The notes under the pieces are model-generated. The model did not search any database. It worked only from the letters and a program-made list of their open reading frames with translations, and was not told the origin of the DNA. Of a stretch of DNA of 59,648 bases, positions 13,629-25,350 are shown in pieces. Position 1 is the first letter of the stretch. Every line of letters starts with the position of its first letter. A program made the position numbers and the translations under genes. Origin of the DNA: Octopus bimaculoides (taxonomy: Eukaryota); NCBI RefSeq assembly GCF_001194135.2, contig NC_068987.1:5451980-5511627 (forward strand), written 5' to 3'.

Positions 13629-15064
13629 CAACAAAGTGTAGCATCATATAGATTCACTTCAAAAAGGAGAAAAAAGAAATAACGAAAACAAAATGAAGAA
13701 GACTTCTTAAATTAGAATGGCAACGATTCAAAAGAGAAGGTTTTGATTTTGTTCGCCATTGGAAGGAAAACTGTGATATTAATGAAAGTGGACATACTTC
13801 CGCCCTCTCCCCCTCCACGAAACAATGAGGCTTTTTTTGTGTGTGCTTGTCTTTCGATAATACTTCTTATTCAGAAGTTTAATTGTATTATGAACCGCAT
13901 TATTTTAAATAAATGGGGTTGTATATGTATGCATGGGTATGTGCGGGGAAAAGCCCATAAGACAAACTGAAAAAAGAAAAAATATATGTATGCAAAACGA
14001 TGATTCGCCATCTTGTGAATTGCCTTTTTATATTTCAATCAAATTAGTGAATTTAACTCTTTTTAGAAAACTTATGAATTTAGAATTAGGCATTTTAATA
14101 TTTTTGTTCTTGTAAATGTTTTGTTTTTTTGCCATTTTTTAAAAGCTATTTTTGATTGTTGCAGTCGTAGCAATTGTTGATAATTTTAATTTGGTATAAT
14201 TGGTTTTGCTGGTGATGTCATTACTTTTGCTATTTCCAGAACTATTTTTCCTGTATTTTCTTTACTTTTGTTCTTCTCTTCTTTCTGCCATAATTGGTTT
14301 TAGTAAATTATTTCTACAGATGCAGAAGAAATAAGCGAATTATATTATTTAAAATATTTAATTTTGTTTTAGCTCCGCTCAAGGCGATTTTTCGTAAGCT
14401 AGAAATATTGCCGATTAAATTGGAGCCAGAATATTACGCGAATTTTCTCGTTCGATCTTGGAAGAAAGAAAAGCTAAGTCGAGTTCACCCGGAAACTTTA
14501 CGGATCCTTTAAAGTCTATCTTCCACCCGACACCGTTTTAATATAAAATGTAGAACAAATCATAGCAATATAGGCAACGGTTAAAAGCTATAAAAAATTG
14601 CTTGAGTTTCGTAGCTTTTGATGAAGTATATCGTTTAAAAATTCGTTATTTTTGAAATTATCGAAACTGCCTCCCAACAAGCCTTTTAGTCTCTTTTCAT
14701 AATTCAATTTTTATTCTAGAACGCATAACGAGTTGTGCTGAGCATTGAGAAAACACCAAACGAGCCGATTTGTCAAAGCCTGTATTGGTTCCCAGCCGAG
14801 TCCGTTTTAATTCTAGTACTTTATCAATATTGGAAAGGAATGAACGTCAGTTAGAACCAGTTTATCTATCAATCTCTACTATTCTGCAAATGAAAGGAAT
14901 CAATATTTTATTCTGAAATATCGAAATCTATTAAAATTTGTCTTTAAAACTACCGCCTTTCAACAATTCAGTGTTTCGGTTTATATCGTTTTCTTAGCTA
15001 AGAGTAAGTGTTACATTAGAGTAATGGACAGAAACAGACAGATCGATGCACACACGAGTAGAAA

Positions 15065-15117
<53 letters not shown>

Positions 15118-15210
15118 GAGAGAGGAAAAGGAAGAAAGAGAGATAGGGAGAGAGATACAGATTGAGGGAGAGAGAAAGGTGTAGATTGATAGAGAGCTAG
15201 GCAGATAGAG

Positions 15211-15245
<35 letters not shown>

Positions 15246-16639
15246 TGTACACAAATAAATGCCATGACCAATTTCTGTCGTGTCTGTGAGAGAAGATATC
15301 GCAATTCCTGCAATTAAAGGCGTTACAGAAATCAATCTTCTGTAAACTGTATTTAACTTGTCAATAAACCAACGTCACACATGTAGAGACTGCAGCAGAA
15401 TCGGTTCCTTTTGCAATGGTATAAAGGCAATTTGGTGAGAATATAAATAATCTGAAGCCGTAAAATTTCTATCGCACACTACTTTGCCTTTGAAATTCCA
15501 TACATTATTTTGCTGATAGTAACTATTGCCAGTATGTTATTACCTTCCTTGCCACGACAGCAATCACGCCTCAAATAGAATTCTATGGACAAATAGTGGA
15601 AATTTTACATTATATAATATTTCCACAAAGCGATAATATGTTGTTAATTATTATCTTGAAATTGAAAATCAACTGGATTCAGAATATTTGAATCACAAGA
15701 ACGAATGCCATTAAGCTTATCAAATTAACCATTTTGAAAAATCTTTTGATTCCTTCCAAAGCGTATCATTTCATAACTTTATATAACACTTTGTTATTAG
15801 TTCCGTCATATTTGCTACTTAGCAGGTTCCAAACAAATGTTGTGAGATGGATTATACATCCGCCTAATTTAGCATATTTAAAATATCCGAAAATAGCGCA
15901 TGACAAATCAATAACACTATTTTTATTGTTGTTTTCTTTTTAATCCTGAATTTTCTTCTCATTCTGCTGGAATTTTGAAAGGAGGGGCCAAATCGATTTC
16001 ATCGACCCTCAGTACACGACTGGTACTTATTTTATCTTCCCCCAAATAATCCTTTCTACTATAGGCACAAGGTCTGACATTTTTGGGGAGAGAATGAGTC
16101 GATTACATCGACGCCAGTGCGTAACTGGTACTTAGTTTATCGACCCCGAAAGGATGAAAGGCAAAGTTGACTCCGGTGGAATTGGCACTCAAAACGTAAA
16201 ACAGGAAGAAATGCTGCTAAACGTAGAGTGTTGATAAATTCCCTACTGTGATCATAATGCCGAGATGACTGTGAATTCTGTTGATCGCAACACTCTAACC
16301 ACTAGTTCACGCACCTACCAGTATTGATAGGTGCTAGTGATGGAATCGATGAGATGATGGAGCCCATTCTTATCGTTCACGATTCAATAGTCTTTGAAGC
16401 AGTCTCATTCGAACTACCTCCTTTACTTGTTTCAGTCATTTGACTGCGGCCATGCTGGAGCACTGCCTTTAGTCGAGCAATTCGACCCCAGGACTTATTC
16501 CTTGTAAGCCTAGTACTTATTCTATCGGTCTCTTTTTTGCCGGACCGCTAAGTTACGGGGACGTAAACATACCAGCATCGGTTGTCAAGCGATGGTGGGG
16601 GGACAAACACAGACACGCAAACACACATACATATGTATA

Positions 16640-16720
<81 letters not shown>

Positions 16721-17501
16721 CATCATTCATTTGTTCATTCAACACCCATTATATATGAATCAAAACTGCACATACATTCGTTCTTATATACGTATACATG
16801 CGTGCACAAGGAAAAAAAACGCTTACATACATATATCTATCTATACATACATAAATATACATACATATATACATGCATACATGGGTATAATTAAGAAGAA
16901 ATTAAATAAATTTCGAAGATGAACAAGCATCGATGCATAAAGAAAGACGGACATGCATGTCATTCTGCTCGCTTGATAATGATATTGTGCAACAAAAGTT
17001 CAATCGACCTGACAATTGTACTGATATAATCAGGTACATTGACGTCATCATGAAAAACTGTGCTCCGATGACGTGTTGTGTAATTGTAAATAAATTCCCT
17101 ACTGTGATCATAATGCCGAGATGACTGTGAATTCTGTTCATTGTTGAGTGCAATGACGTATAGGTTTTCAAGTGCAAATGTCATTAAGTATACATGTTAA
17201 TAAAATTCACCATTACCATTATATACATTTATGCTAATGAGCCTTACTTTTTGTCCATCTTTATTTTTTTTAATGTTTATTCGCATAAAATTAGAACTCT
17301 CTCTGGTATTTTGTTCTCTTGAATATGCTATGCACACATATACACTTACACACGCATGCATAATGTAACAGATTCTATTTCATATAATTCCCTACTTTTG
17401 TTAATCAAATTTATTTTCGGTTATTTTATTGGCTTGTGAGTTAAAGTCGTTCGTTTCTTTCCAATGTTATATGAATTAACACAAATACATACATACATAC
17501 A

Positions 17502-17535
<34 letters not shown>

Positions 17536-18012
17536 CATATATATATATANNNNNNNNNNNNNNNNNNNNNNNNNNNNNNNNNNNNNNNNNNNNNNNNNNN
17601 NNNNNNNNNNNNNNNNNNNNNNNNNNNNNNNNNNNNNNNNNNNNNNNNNNNNNNNNNNNNNNNNNNNNNNNNNNNNNNNNNNNNNNNNNNNNNNNNNNNN
17701 NNNNNNNNNNNNNNNNNNNNNNNNNNNNNNNNNNNNNNNNNNNNNNNNNNNNNNNNNNNNNNNNNNNNNNNNNNNNNNNNNNNNNNNNNNNNNNNNNNNN
17801 NNNNNNNNNNNNNNNNNNNNNNNNNNNNNNNNNNNNNNNNNNNNNNNNNNNNNNNNNNNNNNNNNNNNNNNNNNNNNNNNNNNNNNNNNNNNNNNNNNNG
17901 CTCAACAACAATGTGTAACGAAATCGTGGTTCGATGATTTCTTCTAGTCGAGACCAAGTGATTCTTTGTATTGACAAACTAGCGGAACGATGGCAAGAAA
18001 TCTTGAACATTA

Positions 18013-18177
18013 GGCGCAAGAGTGGCTGTATGGTAAGAAGCTTGCTTACCAACTACATGGTTCCGGGTTCAGTCCCACTGCGTGGCACCTTGAGCGAGTG
18101 TCTTCTACTATAGCTTTGTACCGACCAAAGCCTTGTGAGTGGATTTGCTAGACGGAAACTGAAAGAAGCCCTGTCGC

Positions 18178-18215
<38 letters not shown>

Positions 18216-18428
18216 TTGTTACTCGTGTCTGTGTCTGTTCCCTCACCATCACTTGACAACCGATGTTGGTGCGTTTACGTCCCCGTAACTTAGCGGTTCC
18301 GCAAAAGAAACCGATAGAATAAGTACTAGGCTTACAAAAATATAAGTCCTGGGGTCGATTTGTTCGATTAAAGGTGATGCTCCAACATGGCCGCAGTCAA
18401 ATGACTGAAACAAGTAAAAAAAAAAGAA
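18013..18428 (+). mobile_element. SINE-A full-length copy (tRNA-like head, internal microsatellite, 3' half ending GACTGAAACAAGTAAAA)
   Basis: Head GGCGCAAGAGTGGCTGTATGGTAAG...GGGTTCAGTCCC, central (TA)n/(TG)n at about 18176-18215, conserved 3' half. More than 20 whole or partial copies in the window. Confidence 0.9.
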
Positions 18429-19432
18429 GAATGTTATAGGAGACTATATTGGTTTCGAATTTTGGCACAGGGCCAACAGTTTTAGGGAATGAGGCTAATC
18501 GATATTATCGACCTTTGATTAACTGGCAGTTATTTAATAGCCCCCCCCCCCAGTGCTCTACTGGTATTTATTTAATCGACCCTGAAAGAATGAAAAGCAA
18601 AGTTGACCTAGGTGGTATTTGAACTCAATGTAAAGACGGACGAAATGCTGTTGAGCATTTCGTCCGGTGTGCTAACGGCTCTGGTAGCTCATCGCTATCA
18701 TGAAGGAAAATATATTTATTTATTTATGCGTTTCAGCCAAGTGGCTGTAGTCATGCTGGAGCACCACCATGAATATTATTGACTAATTTGTTAAAGTTGT
18801 TGATGAAAATAGGAAAAACTCCATAAACGAACGAATTTATCTGACACCCTAAAATTGAAATGAGTTTAAAGAAGTATATGGAAGTAAAAGAGAAAATAAG
18901 TGTGAAATAAAGCGAGGAAGAAATGGAAGCAGAAAACTAAGAATATCGAGTGAAGGATTTCAAAATGTCACTAAGCACATAAAGTGACATTTAGTAACGG
19001 GGTCGATCTAATCGATTTAAAACGCTACACTGCAACATTTTGGTCACGTGAGAAAATTAGAAATCGATATATATTGTATTCAATACGATTTATTCGCTTC
19101 TTGTGGAAGAGGGATAAAGTTGTTTTGAGAAGTGAAACACTTTTTTTCTTTTTTGAAGAATATTTTTATCTCGCAGATAGAAAAATAAATAGAAAAAAAA
19201 AGTTAATCTATATTTCGTTTTTGTATTTGGTTTGAAAGATTTTTTGTGGGAACACGTGTATTCTGAAACAGACCTGAAACAGATCTGGAGTCGAGAGAGC
19301 ATGTCATTGAAGAGGTCGCGAATGGCAACGAAAAGACTGAAAAAAAAAAAAAAAAAATTTGATGGTCTACAAAGGTTTGTATATATAAAAAAGAAACATT
19401 AAATCTTGCATTATTTACAGTGGGAGGAAACT

Positions 19433-19755
19433 GGCAGTCCGTCAGGTGCGACGACGAGCGTTCCAGTTGATTCGATCAACAGTACAACCTACTCGTGAAA
19501 TTAATGTGCAAGTGGTTGAGTACTTTGCAGACACATGTACCTTCAACGTAGTTCTTAAGGAGATTTAGTGAGACACAGAGTGTGACAAGGCTGGTCCTTT
19601 GAAGTACAAGTACAACTCATTTTTGGTAGATGAGTGGACTGGAGCGATATAGAATAAAGTATCCAACTCAAAGGACACAACGCATCGCCGGGAATCGAAA
19701 TCGCGAGCCTTTAATCGTGAACCTAATACCGTAACCCTTAAGCAACAGGCCTTCA
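19433..19755 (-). mobile_element. SINE-D (different head/core, SINE-C-type tail). Partial copies at 3808-3997(-) and 4760-4897(-)
   Basis: Core reads (reverse complement) ...cttgagcaag..cttcatttcacgttgctccagtccactcagctg..aaaaatgagt. The 3' part is homologous to 5880-6050. Confidence 0.75.
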
Positions 19756-19769
19756 CACACGCACTCTCC

Positions 19770-19925
19770 TTGTTTCTCTCCTTGTTTCTTTCCGTGTTCC
19801 TTTCTGTAGAAGAGCGTAGGCTCGAAACGTTAAAGACTTTCTCAATTCCCGAGCGTTATACTAATACATCTATTTGTTTTCAACATCACCTGTCTTCGTC
19901 TGTTGTTTTTTTGTGAATTCTCCCT
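19770..19925 (+). mobile_element. PLE pseudo-LTR-like repeat (family P) with hammerhead-fold motif at 19800-19835
   Basis: cttt-CTGTAGA-a-gagc(gtag)gctc-GAAACGTT-aaag, followed by ...gagcgttatactaatacatc...cctgtcttcgtc. Homologous to 43882-44130 and 51170-51530. Confidence 0.7.
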
Positions 19926-20179
19926 ATATATATATATACATACATATATATATATATATATATGCCTATATGTATATATGCATGTAAGTGTATGTGTGTG
20001 TGTTTATATACATGTGTATATGTATAGGCACACATAGTGGAGAAAAATTCCTGACAATAAAAGTATTGCTAGCTTGTGATCAAGTAGCTTTTCCGTTAAA
20101 TACCCGGATGTTGTTTTTTCCCCCCTAGACTTGATGTAATGGTTAAAAAAAAAGAATTCTTAGATCTGATATAAGGGTT

Positions 20180-20530
20180 AAAAAAGAAGGGCTCTTGAGT
20201 TTGTAGAGAGACTCTCAGACTGGACCAAACGTACAAACGAAGACAATGGCCATTCGAGCGAAGGTTAGAAATTTGTCTAGCATTTTGCAAGAAGTGTAAG
20301 TTGCCATACTTCATGCAAATCCATTTTCGCTAGCAAAGGGCTGATTTGAAAGGCTTAAAAGAAATCTTAATTTGCACATTTAAATAATTGGTGAAGATTC
20401 AGAGAATTCTACTAATTATCTTAATGATCTCATAAAAATTATTGCTGAAGGAAACTATACACCAGAACAAGAGATAATGTTGATGAAAATGGGCTTTTAC
20501 GAAAGTGCGCAGTGAATCGGTCCTTAATTC
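20180..20530 (+). pseudogene. Tigger/pogo-family transposase relic (HTH to start of DDE)
   Basis: Translation with stops/frameshifts: TMAIRAKVRNLSSILQE ... NPFSLAKG*FERLKRNLNLHI*IIGEDSENSTNYLNDLIKIIAEGNYTPEQE/NVDENGL. This matches the pogo motifs ASKGWF..FK.R and Y.PEQ.FN.DETGL. Confidence 0.8.
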
Positions 20531-21586
20531 TAGTAAAAATTAATCAGTAGATGGCTTTAAAGCTTTTAGAAATCGCCTTGCGTTTTATTTTTCAAATGAA
20601 ATGCTGCTTTTATTTTTATCTTTTACTGGTTTCAGTCATTAGACTCCTGCCATACTGGGGCACAACCATTAAGTGTTCAGACGAACAAATTAACCCTAGT
20701 GCTTATTCTATCGATCTGTTTTACCGAACCGCTTGATTATGGGGACGTTAAAAATTCAACGTCAGTTATCAAACTGTAGGTGGAGGATAAACACAAAAAC
20801 GCATGAGCCACAAAGTTTCCGACTACGAAATTTCACACACAAGGCTTTAGTTGGCCCGAGGCTATAATAGAAAACACTCGCTCAAGGTGCCGCGGAATGA
20901 AACGAAACTGGAAACCACCTTATTACAAAGCCAGTTTCTTAGCGAGACAGCCATGTATGTGCCTACAACAAGCATCAAATGTACAAACTTACATGAAGTC
21001 TAAGAATATTCTAGAGAATAATTGTTACATTTAGTGAAAAGAGTTTTACTTTTTCATTTAGGAAACTCAAGAAAATCAAAAAGTTTTAAGGTTTACTAAA
21101 TCACGAATCTAAATTGTTTATTCAGCAAAACTGAATATTGAATCATGCATTGTTAGAGAAAATTCACTTTGACAGTGTTATTAGAATTGTGAAAATTAAA
21201 ACCTACAGAAAAAAACTCGCTTCATTAGGTGTCCAGGCTTATCATTACGTTGTATAAGATATATCGTTATGTAGTCATTCTGGTGCACTGGGAATAAGAT
21301 ATTTACGAAAGATTAACGGCGGTCAGATAACCTGAGATTTGCTATCATTTTCAATTATGCTTTTGTAATCATACATACACCAAAGGCTGTATATTTTGTT
21401 TACCATCATAACCATATTTTCTACAAAGAAGGGAAAACTATAACTTTGAAATATTATATATTATTGTGCTTATCTTCTTGAAAAGACTTGATTTAAGATC
21501 ACAAGTTTCATTTGAATTTTAAATCCTAAATTCAATGTATGTATGCATGCGCGCGCGTCTGTGTATGTATGTATGTATGTATGTAT

Positions 21587-21688
21587 GTCATTATTCAGTT
21601 TATTTCAAGATTTCTTTCCAATAGAGAAAGAGCTGGTTTCTAACCTAGACCCAAGGCTCCTTCATTGGAATTTCAACATCAACGATAA
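21587..21688 (+). repeat. About 100-bp dispersed repeat; inverted copy at 52346-52447
   Basis: gtcattattcagttttatttcaaga...gaaagagctggtttctaacctagacccaaggctccttcattggaatttcaaca matches the reverse complement at 52346-52447. Both copies abut (ATAC)n. Confidence 0.85.
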
Positions 21689-22304
21689 GGTATTTTTGTA
21701 TGTATGTATTATTTCTTTACTACCCACAAGGGGCTACCCACAGAGGGGACAAACAAGGACAGACAAACGGATTAAGTCGATTATATCTACCCCAGTGCGT
21801 AACTGGTACTTATTTAATCGACCCCGAAAGGATGAAAGGCAAAGTCGACCTCGGCGGAATTTGAACTCAGAACGTAAAGCCAGACGAAATACCGCTAAGC
21901 ATTTCGCCCGGCGTGCTAACGTTTCTGCTTTTGCAGAAACACGTACGTGGTGGGGGGCATAACGCCTGGGCACGTGTATAGAAGCAAATGAGCNNNNNNN
22001 NNNNNNNNNNNNNNNNNNNNNNNNNNNNNNNNNNNNNNNNNNNNNNNNNNNNNNNNNNNNNNNNNNNNNNNNNNNNNNNNNNNNNNNNNNNNNNNNNNNN
22101 NNNNNNNNNNNNNNNNNNNNNNNNNNNNNNNNNNNNNNNNNNNNNNNNNNNNNNNNNNNNNNNNNNNNNNNNNNNNNNNNNNNNNNNNNNNNNNNNNNNN
22201 NNNNNNNNNNNNNNNNNNNNNNNNTGACAATCATCAAAATAATAATTGATGGTCGCAATGAACGTATTGTACACGTCGAAATCAGTTTGTTACTTTTAAT
22301 ATCA

Positions 22305-22360
<56 letters not shown>

Positions 22361-22926
22361 TTTTCCTCTGAAAACAATCGAGAATATTTATAACCTTGTG
22401 ACACGCAATCTTATCATTAGTGACCATTAATGACCGCCAGCAACAATTCACGACCTTGCATGGGAGCATCTATTTTTAGCTGTTTAGTTACATTAGTAAT
22501 CTGCTCCTCAGCTTACATGATGGACTGCGTGCGTCATTTGAGAATGTCCATATCCTCCGCTGTTTTGTTGATAAAAATGACGGTGATAAAAACGATATGA
22601 GTGACGACCAGGTTGCCAGTAGCGATATATACACGTAATTATTATTAATAACAATGGACACTTATCTATTTGCGTACGATTTCTAGGTAAGGAGATATAA
22701 GTAGGAGCAACTGCTTGGGTATTTTATAGCGTTTTGTGTGGGCATTCGATGTCTTTGAGTTCAAATTTAAGCTCTTTTACTTCTTATTCTTCCTTGGTCG
22801 AAAAAAGAAAACTATTAATATTAGTACGACGAATATCAAAAGAAAAGAATTATATACACTCGCGAATTATATATACAAATATAACACACACACACACACA
22901 CATGTATCTATAAATATATAAATATA

Positions 22927-23335
22927 CGTGGTCTGATCAATAAGTACCCGGATTGTTGCTATAGTGACAAAACTAAAGCACAGAGAGTAAAGCCGCTTGA
23001 CACTGATTGACCTTAAACTCTGCTGTGTATGCGCACTAAGTTTTAATGGTCTAGTTGACCTCCGCTGTTTACAGCAGTATTTGGAAGGAAGGTGTGTAGC
23101 GTGTAATCGTCGCATTAACTATGACAGAGAAAGTTGAGCAGAGAATCTGCATCAAATCGCCAAAGACTTGGAGATGCCTGCTCAGAAGCCCGCGCAAAAG
23201 TTTTCAAAAAGCTTTCATCGTTCTCGACACAATCAAAGACATTTTGTGCAACTGAAAGCCCTGTGTCTTTTTGGTCGGCTGAAAGAAGTTTTAGCGCAAA
23301 CTTCGCAGACACGCGTCTCATACCCAAATCTTCAG
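22927..23335 (+). mobile_element. mariner transposon 5' end with degenerate transposase start
   Basis: TA followed by TIR-like CGTGGTCTGATCAATAAGTACCCGGA. ATG at 23121 gives MTEKVEQRICIK/RQRLGDACSEARAKVFKK (mariner EQR-x-x-IKF..LG motif, frameshifted). Runs into an N gap. Confidence 0.8.
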
Positions 23336-23943
23336 NNNNNNNNNNNNNNNNNNNNNNNNNNNNNNNNNNNNNNNNNNNNNNNNNNNNNNNNNNNNNNNNN
23401 NNNNNNNNNNNNNNNNNNNNNNNNNNNNNNNNNNNNNNNNNNNNNNNNNNNNNNNNNNNNNNNNNNNNNNNNNNNNNNNNNNNNNNNNNNNNNNNNNNNN
23501 NNNNNNNNNNNNNNNNNNNNNNNNNNNNNNNNNNNNNNNNNNNNNNNNNNNNNNNNNNNNNNNNNNNNNNNNNNNNNNNNNNNNNNNNNNNNNNNNNNNN
23601 NNNNNNNNNNNNNNNNNNNNNNNNNNNNNNNNNNNNNNNNNNNNNNNNNNNNNNNNNNNNNNNNNNNNNNNNNNNNNNNNNNNNNNNNNNNNNNNNNNNN
23701 NNNNNNNNNNNNNNNNNNNNNNNNNNNNNNNNNNNNNNNNNNNNNNNNNNNNNNNNNNNNNNNNNNNNNNNNNNNNNNNNNNNNNNNNNNNNNNNNNNNN
23801 NNNNNNNNNNNNNNNNNNNNNNNNNNNNNNNNNNNNNNNNNNNNNNNNNNNNNNNNNNNNNNNNNNNNNNNNNNNNNNNNNNNNNNNNNNTAAATAATAT
23901 ATAATATATATAATATATATATATATATATGTATGTATATGTT

Positions 23944-23981
<38 letters not shown>

Positions 23982-24016
23982 AGTATATATATATAATAAA
24001 TAATAAATAATAAATA

Positions 24017-24066
<50 letters not shown>

Positions 24067-25014
24067 TATATTTATGAATGTATATATGTGCTTGTGCGTT
24101 CGTGTGTATAACGTTTGTATTATACATTACGAATATATATTGATATATGGATATTAATGTCTCGAAAGCGCTCAATATCTTGTGATGAGGTTAATAAAAA
24201 TGTGAATAATATATATTTGTAAATCTAGATTGTTGCTTCCAGCATATTTAAATATTTAATTTAACACATATCACGCACATATACATACACGAACGCACAC
24301 AAACACACATGCTCACAGACACACAAAGACATACATAAACAACCCACCCCCCACACAGATACTCATGCAGTCATGTGACCACGCAGACATATGCCCACGC
24401 ATATACACAGACACACCATAAAGACTCACAGACACACACACACAGACACACCACATGCACATACATACACACGTATCCAAAGGTATTAGGCTTCATGTCT
24501 TGTTTAGTTTACGACTCTACTACGTTGCGGGGGTCGTAAACAAACCAACACCCGTTGTTAAGCGGTGGATTTGTGGGGGTAGACACAAACATATACGTGC
24601 CATATACAACATGCTTCTTTATACAACAGTTTCCGTGTACCAAATTCACTCACATGGCATTAATTGGACCGGGATTTTGTAGAACAGACTTGCCCAAGTT
24701 GCCACGCAGTGGGATTGAACCTACAACCATATGGTTGGTAAGCCGAGCTTCCTGACCACACAGCCATGTCTTATAAACATCTCACATTCAGTATGAAACT
24801 GTTTAAGAAATATATGAATAAATGATTTTTGTTTTTGAATAATTTTAAAAGCAAAGGGAAGTGGCTTGGCACCGGGTGTCGGGTGGGTAGACAAATGATA
24901 AATGGAATGGCGCAAAGCGTAGGGTGGCTAGACAAATGCCTTGTGGTATTATTTAGTTAAGCTACATTTCATTCATCGAATAAATGAATGGTTTTTCAAA
25001 ATAATACGACGGAT

Positions 25015-25227
25015 ATCGTCGTCGTCATCATCATCATCATCATCATCGTCATCATCATCATCGTCGTCGTCGTCGTCGTCGTCTTCGTCGTCATCATGAT
25101 CATGGTCATGATACCCCTCTCCTTCCCCCTCCTCTCCCCTCCCCCTCTTCCTCATTATCATTTTCACCATCGTCGTTGTCATCATCATCATCGTCATCAT
25201 TATCACCTCCATCATCATCACCATCAC

Positions 25228-25271
<44 letters not shown>

Positions 25272-25350
25272 ACAACAACAACATCATCATCATCGTGTGA
25301 TGATACACGGCGACGACGATGATGATGATGATTATGATGATGATGATTAT
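25015..25350. repeat. Compound (CGT)/(CAT)/(GAT) trinucleotide tract
   Basis: Direct reading. It produces the poly-H/D/M pseudo-ORFs 24973-25446. Confidence 0.9.

Noticed and set aside
14372-14512. Plus-strand terminal exon APLKAIFRKLEILPIKLEPEYYANFLVRSWKKEKLSRVHPETLRIL*
   Set aside because: Only an acceptor-like tract supports it, with no recognisable homology; expected by chance.
15370-15585. Minus-strand small exons (39-nt FYLRRDCCRGKE; LFIFSPNCLYTIAKGTDSAAVSTC)
   Set aside because: Short frames with ambiguous phase and no firm homology.
18370-18420. SINE-A 3' end (GCAGTC-AAAT-GACTGAAAC) as a hammerhead or HDV-like ribozyme
   Set aside because: It has a hairpin followed by GAAAC but no CUGANGA and no stems I/III, and no nested double pseudoknot could be built.
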